From a virus (Duplodnaviria; Caudoviricetes): a stretch of DNA of 28,559 nucleotides. The stretch is taken from IMG/VR virus record IMGVR_UViG_3300005512_000247, positions 1-28,559 of that record; one strand, written 5' to 3'. Within the stretch, counting starts at the first letter, position 1. Every line of letters begins with the position of its first letter. The notes under the pieces are model-generated. The model had not been told where the DNA came from and did not search any database. It was given only the letters and a program-made list of their open reading frames with translations. The position numbers were made by a program, and so were the translations under genes. Below are positions 1 to 8,596 of the stretch, piece by piece.

Positions 1-453
1 CACTTGAGGTGTGCGATCAAACTTCAACACAGTGGCCCACAGCATGTCAATGGCTGATTTGCCCACAGGTATGGTGTTCACTGTGTCGTTGGCAATGTCA
101 TACCATTCTCTGTGCATCAGCAAGGGTTGGTCACTGGCAAACAATTTCATCAATTGATCCGTCATTACTAGATAGTCTGCGTCTATGACAACAGTGCGAT
201 GCCATGGCGAAATTGATAAGGATTGGTGTCTTGCCAGATTGTGCCATGTTTTGCTTTGGTTGTCAAATACTCGCCTGTTGTTTTGTGGCACAGCAAGATC
301 ATGATGTTGGTCAGCACCCTTGATGGGTTCGCCCACTGTCATCACAGTAATATCAGGCAGATGACGTTTGCACTGTGCCACACACAGTTCTGCTATTTTG
401 CTGTAATTGATGTGTGATGGAAAATTATAAACAAGGATGCCGCAATCATTCAA
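1..453 (-). CDS. Putative GT-A fold glycosyltransferase (runs off the left edge; not in the ORF track)
   Basis: Manual translation is open from TTG at 453 (or 456) to position 1: (M)NDCGILVYNFPSHINYSKIAELCVAQCKRHLPDI...WHNLARHQSLSISPWHRTVVIDADYLVMTD...MLWATVLKFDRTPQV. SPxxxTVVIDAD is a hydrophobic strand followed by DxD, typical of GT-A enzymes. GAGGAG Shine-Dalgarno at 467-472; start overlaps the end of the 91-aa ORF. Confidence 0.7.
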   Translation of the reverse strand, partial: MNDCGILVYNFPSHINYSKIAELCVAQCKRHLPDITVMTVGEPIKGADQHHDLAVPQNNRRVFDNQSKTWHNLARHQSLSISPWHRTVVIDADYLVMTDQLMKLFASDQPLLMHREWYDIANDTVNTIPVGKSAIDMLWATVLKFDRTPQV

Positions 454-721
454 CAATTTTTTTATACTCCTCAGCATACTCATTCATCACCATGCGATGC
501 TGTTGCTGTATTACTTGAACAAATTCTTGTGCGTCATCAATCTTGACTGGTGTTGAGTTGATGTCCATCACAACATCACCTGACTGAATGGTGAGGCTGT
601 ATGTGACCATGTGTTCGTCACAACGGAACATCCCGCCTTGGTAAATGGTTATCAGTTGTGCTTGACACCTTTGACGCAATAGATTGAGATCTCTTTTGAT
701 GGCAAATCTGCGTTGACTCAT
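446..721 (-). CDS. Hypothetical protein, 91 aa
   Basis: Fills the gap between the 329-aa gene and the GT-like gene, has a sigma70-type promoter just upstream and overlaps the GT start. No motif recognised. Confidence 0.8.
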   Translation of the reverse strand: MSQRRFAIKRDLNLLRQRCQAQLITIYQGGMFRCDEHMVTYSLTIQSGDVVMDINSTPVKIDDAQEFVQVIQQQHRMVMNEYAEEYKKIVE

Positions 722-727
722 GACTCT

Positions 728-756
728 ATTATATTATAGATTGTCAAAAAAATCAA
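728..756 (-). promoter_or_regulatory. Sigma70-type promoter TTGATT-N17-TATAAT
   Basis: Minus strand reads TTGATT (756-751), 17-nt spacer, TATAAT (733-728), AGAGTC, ATG (721). Confidence 0.7.
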
Positions 757-1746
757 TTATGATTGTGACTGTGAAACTTCTGCCGCTGTGATTGTGCCCA
801 CAGCATCATTGTTGAGGTATGTGGTGTTGGGTTTGAAGAATGACCAACTTGATGATAAATTACCATTTACAATGTCAAGGTTTGTCTGTGTTGGATCTAA
901 TGGATCTTGTGGAGCTTGACCTTGATCCACTGAATCAACTGCGGCGTCAATGGCTGATGCTTTGATGGTCAATACGTTACCTTTGCCACCGTTGGCTCCA
1001 GTTGCGCCGGCAATCTTTGCTTCCCACTGCACATAGTTGGTGGTGTATGGAGCTGTGTCTGCAAACATTTTTTGATACACTGTGTAACCAGCACCGAGTG
1101 ATGCTCCCCAGAAACCTTCATTGAGGTTGGTGGATGCTGAACCCGAACCAGACAGTGAATCATCATCGTTACCGAATGTAAATGTGGCTGCCTTGGTGTT
1201 GAATAGGTCAACCCATTCGTTGTATTTGTTGTCTGCTGTGCCACCCGATAGGTTCCAAACGTGAGTGATTTTACCACCTGCATTGAAAAAATATCTCATT
1301 GCATCAGCATCGGCAAACGTAAACGAAACTTCATGGATGGTTGATGCAGACCATGAACCTGTGAATGTTCTGTTCACTGAGTTGGGATTAGAAGTTTGTG
1401 TGATGTTGCCACCTGACACATTCAATCTGTTGGTGCCCAGTGTGGTGATATCGGATGAAATTGCGAGAATAGCTTGGATGGGATCACCACCTGACAGTGT
1501 GCCCGCTCCTGTTGTAATAGAAGAACCTTGGTGATTTTTGATTGATTGCATTCTGTCCAGCAGTGTGTTCCACTGTGATGCTTGCACTGTGCCGCCTGCT
1601 GACACTGTAGAAATGGTGTTGGATTGTCCGTAGCCATAGTTGCCTGTACCAGTGCCCCAAATCTTGTTGATGTTGTTGGGTGAATTATCGTTGGCGAAAC
1701 CATTGTAATGATCATCAAGTATGGTGTCACCTGTTACATATGCCAT
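757..1746 (-). CDS. Virion structural protein, 329 aa (tail/baseplate-associated, probable)
   Basis: G/S/T/N-rich; MAYVTGDTI...WGTGTGNYGYGQ N-terminus and FADADAMRYFFNAGG motif of the type seen in large myovirus structural proteins; lies in the fibre cluster; GGAAGGA upstream. Confidence 0.7.
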   Translation of the reverse strand: MAYVTGDTILDDHYNGFANDNSPNNINKIWGTGTGNYGYGQSNTISTVSAGGTVQASQWNTLLDRMQSIKNHQGSSITTGAGTLSGGDPIQAILAISSDITTLGTNRLNVSGGNITQTSNPNSVNRTFTGSWSASTIHEVSFTFADADAMRYFFNAGGKITHVWNLSGGTADNKYNEWVDLFNTKAATFTFGNDDDSLSGSGSASTNLNEGFWGASLGAGYTVYQKMFADTAPYTTNYVQWEAKIAGATGANGGKGNVLTIKASAIDAAVDSVDQGQAPQDPLDPTQTNLDIVNGNLSSSWSFFKPNTTYLNNDAVGTITAAEVSQSQS

Positions 1747-1749
1747 TTG

Positions 1750-3213
1750 TTAGTTCCTTCCTACTACAATTTCAATGTATTTAACTGTTGTTTCCAAATT
1801 GGTCTCCAATGCTCTGCCTATCACAGCATAAATTGTTGTGTCTTCTAATGTATTTATTGCTTGAGCAATGCCTGGTTCATCGCTTGAAATCAATCTGTCT
1901 CCTTTGCGTACAGCACCTTTGACTCTGCAGGGCACCCTTCCAGACAGTGCCACATGTGGATGTGTGCTGTCTTCACCAGCAAGATCATTCATTCTGTAGG
2001 CTGGTGCTGTGGATATTACACCAAACACTTGTTCATCGCCCTGTGTGGTGGTCTTGGTGATTTCTTTGGTGCCACCAATTTTTACCACTGTGCCTGGTTG
2101 CATGGGTTCATCTGCTTCATATCTTTCTGCCAAGTCAGAGTACTGTGCGGCAGAGGCAGTGGTTGCAAGTATGTTGGTTGATGGATTGTAACTGAGGCCA
2201 CCATCCACTTTCAATGCATTTGCTGTGGTTGAACTGTCCTGAGAATTGACGAATGTCAAAAAGTATGAGGCATTGTCGCCATCAGCATCCACAGTACTGA
2301 CTGTTTCTGCTTGAGAAATTGTGCCTTGAATGGTGCTTGGTACCACCAAAGTGGCATCTGATGCTCTGATTGTGAGTGCAGTTACCTGTGATCCACCTTG
2401 ATTGATGTTGAATGCAATGTCACCATTTGTTGTGGTGTTTTGCACAGTGAATGTGGTGCCAGATTGTGTCATGTTGACATCACCATCATTGCCTAATATC
2501 AAAGAAGCATCTGTTTGTATTGATAATGTGCCAGTCATTGTGTCTGAAGTGTTTGATCTTAAAAAATTGTCGCTGGTTACACCGCCCAGTGCATCAGCAT
2601 CAGTAGCTGTGCCTTGAAACTTGGCATCAGACACTGCTGTGGAAATGTTGATGCCTTTTTCAATTGTGACAAATCCACTGATAGCTTCTTGTGGAGTAAA
2701 TGCCACACTTGATGTGATTGATACAATTGTGTCATTCACCAGCGATTGGATGACCGAACGTGCAACTCCTGTGGTGTCTATAATAGACGATGAAATAGAA
2801 CCTGTAGTGCCAGCACCAGATGATGCAATTGGGCCTACCAGCACCCAATTTGTGCCATTGTACACATAAATTTGTTCGTTGGTTGAATCAAACCAAAGGT
2901 CGCCTGTGGCTCCTACAGTGGGTTCTGTGGTGCTGACAATGGATCCTGATGCTGACTTGAATGCTGTGCCATCATACACTTGAATTTGTTTGAGTGTGGT
3001 GTCATAAAACAGTTGTCCTTGAATAGGATTTGCCGGAGCATTGTCTGTGGTGTTGGCAAAGTTTTCCAACAGTTTGACTTGGTTTTCATTGAGCAGTTCA
3101 CCATAGCCAGCATAGTTTTTACCAAACAGTGAAAGACTGGTGGTTTGATCCAGTGTACCATCTGCTATGGTTACCAGTGTTGTGCCATCTGTTTTGTTGA
3201 TTGTGAATGCCAT
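1750..3213 (-). CDS. Tail fibre/baseplate-attached protein, 487 aa, with C-terminal Peptidase_G2-like intramolecular chaperone domain
   Basis: N-terminus MAFTINKTDG...GKNYAGYGELLNENQVKLLENFA...GQLFYD is paralogous to the 618-aa and 573-aa genes. C-terminal AQYSDLAERYEAD...PGTVV...GVIS...VALSGRVPCRVKG...KGDRL...IGRALE resembles autocleaving chaperone domains. Confidence 0.75.
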   Translation of the reverse strand: MAFTINKTDGTTLVTIADGTLDQTTSLSLFGKNYAGYGELLNENQVKLLENFANTTDNAPANPIQGQLFYDTTLKQIQVYDGTAFKSASGSIVSTTEPTVGATGDLWFDSTNEQIYVYNGTNWVLVGPIASSGAGTTGSISSSIIDTTGVARSVIQSLVNDTIVSITSSVAFTPQEAISGFVTIEKGINISTAVSDAKFQGTATDADALGGVTSDNFLRSNTSDTMTGTLSIQTDASLILGNDGDVNMTQSGTTFTVQNTTTNGDIAFNINQGGSQVTALTIRASDATLVVPSTIQGTISQAETVSTVDADGDNASYFLTFVNSQDSSTTANALKVDGGLSYNPSTNILATTASAAQYSDLAERYEADEPMQPGTVVKIGGTKEITKTTTQGDEQVFGVISTAPAYRMNDLAGEDSTHPHVALSGRVPCRVKGAVRKGDRLISSDEPGIAQAINTLEDTTIYAVIGRALETNLETTVKYIEIVVGRN

Positions 3214-3214
3214 G

Positions 3215-5071
3215 TTATTCTATCACATTGTAAGCGGCAATAAGTTGTTGTGTAGCAAATGAGTACAATTCATATAATTGTCTTGTGTTAGTTGTACTAC
3301 CATCACCTATTGCGACTGTTCCTTGTGTTGTACCGTCGATTTTATATGTAATATTACGAATAGTTGCTCCTGTATTAGTTACTACGATTCTTTTCATTGT
3401 ACCAGCTTGAGCATTTGTAAAATCTAAAGTTAAATCAGCATTTACATAAACTTCTACAAATCTAGCTGTTGATAAATCTACGGTTTGGTTTGTTGTCACA
3501 GGACTTCCTGATGAACCTACCGTAATAACAGTACCTACAATAGAGTCTGCTGTAAGTGTGCCAGTGACATTTAAATTATCTGATACTACTACCTCTGTCG
3601 AATCAAAAGATGTAATTGGACCGCCTATGTGGAGCCCATCTTGAATTGTTACGACTGCTGAATCATCTGATGAAATTGAGTTTACAATCAAAGATCCTGT
3701 CACTCTCAAACTGTCCTGCAATTCAATCAGTGAAGAATCTGAGGAAGAAATTGTGTTTGTAATCACTGTGCTTGCTGTGACGTCACCTGTCAGGTTTCCA
3801 GTGACATTTCCAGTGACATCACCAGTGACATTGCCTGTGTGTATGCCTGTGGTGTTACCAATTACATTACCAGTGACATTGCCTGTGATGTTGCCTTCAA
3901 ATGTACCAGCCACAAAAGTTTCGGATCCCACGGTCCATTTATCTGTGGTTTCATTCCATATCAGAGTTTTATTGCTGGATGATCCTCTTTTGATTTCAAT
4001 GCCTGCATTTTGTGATGGCGCTCCGCTGGTGTTGTTGCTGAGTAGTAAGATCGGGTCTTCAATTTCAACTGTTGCAGTGTTGAGGATGGTTTGAGTGCCT
4101 TCAACCGTTAGGTTGCCTTGCACAGTCACATTGTTGAGATTTGCAGTGCCTGATGTCATCGACACAGTGGAAAAGTTAGCTGTGCCGGACACTGTGAGAT
4201 CATTTGCAATTATGATTCCTGATGTATCGCCGTCAACTGTCATCGCTGTGGTTGTTACACCAGCATCATTAACTCTTATGACAATGTCGCCATTAACAGC
4301 AGAATTTGTGATGGTAAAATTTGAACCTGCCTGTGAAAATACAATATCATTGTCAGCACCAAGCACCAATGAATTGTCATTGGCGATTGTGAGTGTGCCG
4401 GTCATTGTGTCTGCGACATTTGATCGCAAATAGTTCGCAGCCAGCACACCACCAAGAGCATCAGCATCAGTGGCTGTGCCTTGAAATCTGTTTCCTGATA
4501 TGTTTGTGCCCAGTGTGATGCCTTTTTTCACAGTTGGGTAACCCGTCAATGTAACCTGCGGAGTGAATTCATTGTCGCTTATGATTCCCACAATGGAATT
4601 ATCAACCAACAATTTGATGATGTTGTTTGTGGTTCCTGTGTTGTCAATGATTGTGTCTGACACAGAACCTGTGGTTGATGTAGTGGCTGGACCAACCAAT
4701 CCCCAGGCTGTGCCACTGTACACATAAATCTGTGATGAATTTGAATTGTACCATAGATCACCCTGGGCACCAAATGTTGGTTCTGTTGCACTCACAATGG
4801 TTCCACTGATTGCTCTGAAATTGGATCCATCATACACCTGCATTTGATCAATTGTTTTGTCATAAAACAACTGTCCTATCAAAGGACGAGATGGTGCATT
4901 TGCTGTGACATCAGCAAAATTTTCCAACAGTTTTACAAAATTTTCATTCTGGCTTTCTCCATACCCGGTGTATCCTTTGCCTGGCAGTGACAGATTGGTG
5001 CTTTCGTCAAGTATGCCGTCCACTATAGTGGTCAACAATGTGCCGTCTGTTTTATTGATTGTGTAAGCCAT
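3215..5071 (-). CDS. Tail fibre/baseplate-attached protein, 618 aa
   Basis: Same N-terminal module (MAYTINKTDG...NENFVKLLENFA); GNLTVEGTQT...VEIEDPILLL...AGIEIKRG...WNETTDKW fibre motif; GNVT repeats; distinct C-terminal tip. Confidence 0.8.
   Translation of the reverse strand: MAYTINKTDGTLLTTIVDGILDESTNLSLPGKGYTGYGESQNENFVKLLENFADVTANAPSRPLIGQLFYDKTIDQMQVYDGSNFRAISGTIVSATEPTFGAQGDLWYNSNSSQIYVYSGTAWGLVGPATTSTTGSVSDTIIDNTGTTNNIIKLLVDNSIVGIISDNEFTPQVTLTGYPTVKKGITLGTNISGNRFQGTATDADALGGVLAANYLRSNVADTMTGTLTIANDNSLVLGADNDIVFSQAGSNFTITNSAVNGDIVIRVNDAGVTTTAMTVDGDTSGIIIANDLTVSGTANFSTVSMTSGTANLNNVTVQGNLTVEGTQTILNTATVEIEDPILLLSNNTSGAPSQNAGIEIKRGSSSNKTLIWNETTDKWTVGSETFVAGTFEGNITGNVTGNVIGNTTGIHTGNVTGDVTGNVTGNLTGDVTASTVITNTISSSDSSLIELQDSLRVTGSLIVNSISSDDSAVVTIQDGLHIGGPITSFDSTEVVVSDNLNVTGTLTADSIVGTVITVGSSGSPVTTNQTVDLSTARFVEVYVNADLTLDFTNAQAGTMKRIVVTNTGATIRNITYKIDGTTQGTVAIGDGSTTNTRQLYELYSFATQQLIAAYNVIE
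3551..3760 (-). repeat. Three 22-25 aa repeats, consensus I(S/T)SxDSxxxxxxDxLxxxG
   Basis: TNTISSSDSSLIELQDSLRVTGSLI / VNSISSDDSAVVTIQDGLHIGGP / ITSFDSTEVVVSDNLNVTGTLT; a fourth copy (INTISSSDSTSVTISDGLIVTGNL) is in the plus-strand gene at about 8922-8993. Confidence 0.8.
3776..3895 (-). repeat. Ten degenerate 12-bp units encoding G-[N/D]-[V/I/L]-T
   Basis: GNIT GNVT GNVI GNTT GIHT GNVT GDVT GNVT GNLT GDVT; the plus strand shows recurring ccagtgacat. Confidence 0.9.
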
Positions 5072-5082
5072 GTTTGATCAAA

Positions 5083-5115
5083 TATTTATCCATCGCAATA
5101 ATGTGTAGAGTTAAT
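5083..5115 (-). promoter_or_regulatory. Putative late promoter ATTAAC-N21-TAAATA
   Basis: TAAATA at 5088-5083, 11 nt before the ATG at 5071; ATTAAC at 5115-5110. Core resembles the T4 late consensus TATAAATA. Confidence 0.65.
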
Positions 5116-5161
5116 AGTTGAACACTATCAAACACACAATCAAAATTGTACTGTAAAGCTT

Positions 5162-5629
5162 TTAGGTGAAATCTACGGCTTTAGCACCTTTGGTTGCGAT
5201 GTCATCATTGCTGATGTAATTAAATGCATCATTGTCTTTGTAGGTGCTTTTTTTGGTTTTGCCTTTGGTGATGCAGTCTTCTATGTGTGTACACATGTCA
5301 GTGAACTCTGAAGGCAAAGAATCGCCTCCTATGGCTTTGATTGCATCTCTGATGATTGTCAATTGGGAATATAAATTGTATTTTGCTTCAATTTCTTGTG
5401 TGGTTTCAAGATTGACTGTTTTTTCTGTGAATCTTGTGGTCATATCAACTGTTTTGACAGAACCTGTTGAATAGTCACCATCCCAGTATTCTGCAACTGG
5501 ATCAATCTCAACTGTTTTGAGTTGAAATTTGTCAAGATTTAAATTTGTGGTGTCCTGCACTGCAGGAATGTCACCAATCAGTACTCCTGTTTTTTTGTTG
5601 AATAACAGTTGTTTTGTTTCTTTTGCCAT
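5162..5629 (-). CDS. Hypothetical protein, 155 aa (possibly a fibre assembly chaperone)
   Basis: Clean ORF between fibre genes with TAAATA 5 nt upstream; charged, non-fibrous composition. Function inferred from position only. Confidence 0.7.
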   Translation of the reverse strand: MAKETKQLLFNKKTGVLIGDIPAVQDTTNLNLDKFQLKTVEIDPVAEYWDGDYSTGSVKTVDMTTRFTEKTVNLETTQEIEAKYNLYSQLTIIRDAIKAIGGDSLPSEFTDMCTHIEDCITKGKTKKSTYKDNDAFNYISNDDIATKGAKAVDFT

Positions 5630-5634
5630 CGTTG

Positions 5635-5640
5635 TATTTA
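5635..5640 (-). promoter_or_regulatory. Putative late promoter core TAAATA
   Basis: ACTAAATA-CAACG-ATG(5629). Confidence 0.55.
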
Positions 5641-5641
5641 G

Positions 5642-6142
5642 TTACCTCCAAATCAAGCACATAGAATATTTGATGGGTTCGCCCTCACCAATTTGTGTGA
5701 CTTCGTGTGCCAATCCAATGTCCATGTCAAACATGGCACCAGCTTTTTCCTGGACCAGATGCGGTTTGTCATGCTGATCATACCAGCAAAAATGCGGTGG
5801 TCCTTGGGTCAACCAAATCAACTTGAATCTATAATAGCCTCCTTGGGAATCCTTGTGTTTGACAAGGAAATCTCCTGGTTCGTACTTGTTGATCACAATT
5901 TGTGACAACCACTTCCTGTCTTGAGGTATGGTTCTAAGACACATGTCACGGAATTCTTCAGACATGTCATCATAAAAGATAGATGAAAACTGTGATGTTG
6001 GACCGTCCACTGTCGGGGAATGGGCTCGTTGATGTCCTTTGATCCTGCGAGTAAACAGATGATCATTTGATTGAACATACTGCAAGATTTCATCAGCATT
6101 GGTGATGTAATTTTCCACAATGTGTGGAGCAAAATCTGTCAT
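5642..6142 (-). CDS. 2OG-Fe(II) oxygenase superfamily protein (likely start MTDFAPH at 6142)
   Basis: INKYEPGDFLVKHKD gives HxD, with distal His in LAHEV and a KYS strand where R-x-S normally binds 2OG. Start at 6142 avoids overlap with the stop at 6148 of the upstream gene. Confidence 0.85.
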   Translation of the reverse strand: MTDFAPHIVENYITNADEILQYVQSNDHLFTRRIKGHQRAHSPTVDGPTSQFSSIFYDDMSEEFRDMCLRTIPQDRKWLSQIVINKYEPGDFLVKHKDSQGGYYRFKLIWLTQGPPHFCWYDQHDKPHLVQEKAGAMFDMDIGLAHEVTQIGEGEPIKYSMCLIWR

Positions 6143-6147
6143 TAAAC

Positions 6148-7869
6148 TTAGCCTGAAGTGTACTGCCAAGCAGGGCCGCCCACAATGGTAAAGATCAAAT
6201 CATTGTTTCTTGAAGTGTTGAGGCTGGTTGTGGTTGACACTGAAATTGGATTACCAATTGATCCTGAACTATACGATGACGAGGATGTAGGACTATAACT
6301 CACAGCGGCAATTCTTGCTTTGGTACCTACAGCATACACAGATGTCGGAGCCATTGTTTCAAGTATGGAGGCAATTTGGCTGTTGTTGAGGCCTGACACA
6401 TCCATGGAAAACACAAGATCTTGAGTGACATTGTTTGCAATGGCATAGTCAACATATTCTTTGATTGCTCTTTCGGTCACAATTGTTGTGCTGGAAGTTC
6501 CAAGATCGCCATCATCTGAAATGTTGTTGATGGCAAATCGTGTGGAAGAATCAGTGTTTTCTGATGACGGTAGTATCAATGAACTTGTGCTGACTGTGCC
6601 TGCTGAAACCTTGTTTGCATCACCAACATCAATGTCGCCAAAGCCTTCAGTGATAGAACCAGAATCCAGTGCACCAACTGTGGTCAATGATGATGTCACC
6701 ACTGCAGATCCCAGTGTGGTTGCGTTCAGCACAGAAACTCCATTGACATAAAATGCTTCACCTGTAGCAACTGATAGACCTGATGAAGATTCTAAATATC
6801 CGCCATCTGATCCTCTCACCTGGAATGTGACATCATTGCCTGCTGATGCACCGTCAATCAACAGTCCTGCATTTTGATTGGAATCTCTTGGATTGCCATT
6901 ACCGTCTTCATCGTTGATTGCTATCACATTGTCTGCAAATGATGATGATGAACCACCGGTGGTTAAATTTCCCTGCACAGTGAGATTTCCTGCCACATTT
7001 ACATCAGCAGTGTCTGTGATAGTCAGTGCTGTGGTCACTGTGGACGCTTGATTGATCTTGAATATGATTGATTTATTGTTGTTGTTTTGCTGTATGATAA
7101 AATCATCAGATGAAACTGATAGAGTGGCGTCAGAACTTGCTCCAACTGTAATACCAGCATTGTTCAAAACTCCAAATGAACCAGAGGTTGTTTGATTTTG
7201 ATCATCAACAAGATATCTTGCTGATTCTCTGCCGCCCAGTTCCAAGGCATTTTGAGCAGTGCCGTGCAGTCTGAATGTGGTAGAGTCAGTATCTTCATAA
7301 AACGTAATGCCTTTTTGAAGTGTTGAAGATGTAAATCCTGTGGGTGTTGTGGTCAATGTGATAGATGCTTTGGTGAGTATCGCCACTCGTGTGCCGTCTT
7401 GATACAATGATAGCACATTAGCAGTGCCGCCACCTGACAACTCTAATTCGTCTACCTGCCAACCTGATATGCCATCACCAGTTTTATAAATTGGTCCAAT
7501 CAAGTCAAATTGTGAACCATCATACATGTACAGTTGGTCGTTGGTTGTGTCGTTCCACAGTGTGCCTACTGTCAGACCCACAGTGGGTTGTGAAGATGAA
7601 TTTCTTACTCCCAATGGATTGAAATTGGATCCATCATAAACTTTTATGGTGTTTGCACTGGTGTCATACCATAATTCGCCAGTCAACGGTGAAGTGGGTG
7701 CTGTTGAAGAAGCAGAATTTTCTAATAATTTTACTAAATTTTCATTGAAAGGTTCACCATATGACTGATAGTTTCTTCCAATCAGTTGCAGTGATGTGCT
7801 GGTGTCTAAGACACCGTCCTCAACACTTGCTACTATAGTTCCTCTGGTGTTGTTGATTGTGTATGCCAT
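6148..7869 (-). CDS. Tail fibre/baseplate-attached protein, 573 aa
   Basis: Third paralogue: MAYTINNTRG...GRNYQSYGEPFNENLVKLLENSA...GELWYD; internal SSLTTVGALDSGSIT and IVTERAIKEYVD fibre motifs. Confidence 0.8.
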   Translation of the reverse strand: MAYTINNTRGTIVASVEDGVLDTSTSLQLIGRNYQSYGEPFNENLVKLLENSASSTAPTSPLTGELWYDTSANTIKVYDGSNFNPLGVRNSSSQPTVGLTVGTLWNDTTNDQLYMYDGSQFDLIGPIYKTGDGISGWQVDELELSGGGTANVLSLYQDGTRVAILTKASITLTTTPTGFTSSTLQKGITFYEDTDSTTFRLHGTAQNALELGGRESARYLVDDQNQTTSGSFGVLNNAGITVGASSDATLSVSSDDFIIQQNNNNKSIIFKINQASTVTTALTITDTADVNVAGNLTVQGNLTTGGSSSSFADNVIAINDEDGNGNPRDSNQNAGLLIDGASAGNDVTFQVRGSDGGYLESSSGLSVATGEAFYVNGVSVLNATTLGSAVVTSSLTTVGALDSGSITEGFGDIDVGDANKVSAGTVSTSSLILPSSENTDSSTRFAINNISDDGDLGTSSTTIVTERAIKEYVDYAIANNVTQDLVFSMDVSGLNNSQIASILETMAPTSVYAVGTKARIAAVSYSPTSSSSYSSGSIGNPISVSTTTSLNTSRNNDLIFTIVGGPAWQYTSG

Positions 7870-7875
7870 GTGTTA

Positions 7876-7906
7876 TATTTACCGCTCCTTATACATCCAC
7901 AAAGTT
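7876..7906 (-). promoter_or_regulatory. Putative late promoter AAC-N22-TAAATA
   Basis: GGTAAATA-TAACAC-ATG(7869); AAC at 7906-7904 lies inside the upstream CDS. Confidence 0.55.
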
Positions 7907-8542
7907 TGTTAAACTTTGAATTCTAATTGTGTAATCAATCTGTATCAATCTGTTCAAAGATTTCTGCACTGGATGGAAAATTACATGTGTCAAAAGGTTG
8001 CCAGCGCCTGCTGTGCCTTCCCATGAAAACAGTGCAATTTCATCAAACACATATGTGTCGTTTATAGTGGTTGTGTTGTCAAAGGCCTGTTGTCCTGCAG
8101 GCTCGCCAAAATCCAACAAACATGACACAATACAATCTGTGTATGTTGTTGCGTTGGTGTGGGCAATTGTGATTTTGTTTCTTGTGGTGTCTGTGTTGAG
8201 TGAAGATTGATCATTCACACTTTTAAAATATGTTCTGTTGTATAAATTGGCATTGGATCCTGTGGTGTTGGGTGTGAGATATGTGATGATGCCTGTGTTG
8301 TCCACAGATGTACCACCATTGCCAAAGTGCATTTCTTCAATGAATCCTGTGGATCTGTTGGCTATTGATTTTGCCAGTGACACAGAAAAATTTTCATAAT
8401 GGATAGCATTCTTTTTGTCTACATATACATTGCCTGACTGTGGATCAAATATCTTGATATAACCTTGGATATCCAGTCCCTGTTGTTCATCAGGTTTTAC
8501 ATTGGTTTGTACTTCAGGCTTTTTGTTGTCCGAGGATGTCAT
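7889..8542 (-). CDS. Virion structural protein, 217 aa (baseplate/fibre attachment, probable)
   Basis: GYIKIFD...NAIHYEN...FGNGG...FDEIAL...LLTHVIFHPVQKSLNRLIQIDYTIRIQ pattern like baseplate-periphery proteins of large myoviruses; follows the giant baseplate gene in minus-strand order. Confidence 0.7.
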   Translation of the reverse strand: MTSSDNKKPEVQTNVKPDEQQGLDIQGYIKIFDPQSGNVYVDKKNAIHYENFSVSLAKSIANRSTGFIEEMHFGNGGTSVDNTGIITYLTPNTTGSNANLYNRTYFKSVNDQSSLNTDTTRNKITIAHTNATTYTDCIVSCLLDFGEPAGQQAFDNTTTINDTYVFDEIALFSWEGTAGAGNLLTHVIFHPVQKSLNRLIQIDYTIRIQSLTNFVDV

Positions 8543-8548
8543 ATCGTG

Positions 8549-8581
8549 TATTTAGTCACTGCAATTAACACTATTGTTTTT
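8549..8581 (-). promoter_or_regulatory. Putative late promoter AAAAAC-N21-TAAATA (leftward)
   Basis: ACTAAATA-CACGAT-ATG(8542); AAAAAC at 8581-8576. Confidence 0.6.
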
Positions 8582-8596
8582 TTCCGACTATAAATA
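8564..8596 (+). promoter_or_regulatory. Putative late promoter ATTAAC-N21-TAAATA (rightward; perfect T4 late TATAAATA)
   Basis: ATTAAC 8564-8569, TATAAATA 8589-8596, then 7 nt to ATG 8604. Confidence 0.75.

Noticed and set aside
3776-3895. Possible CRISPR-like array
   Set aside because: 12-bp in-frame coding repeats without unique spacers.
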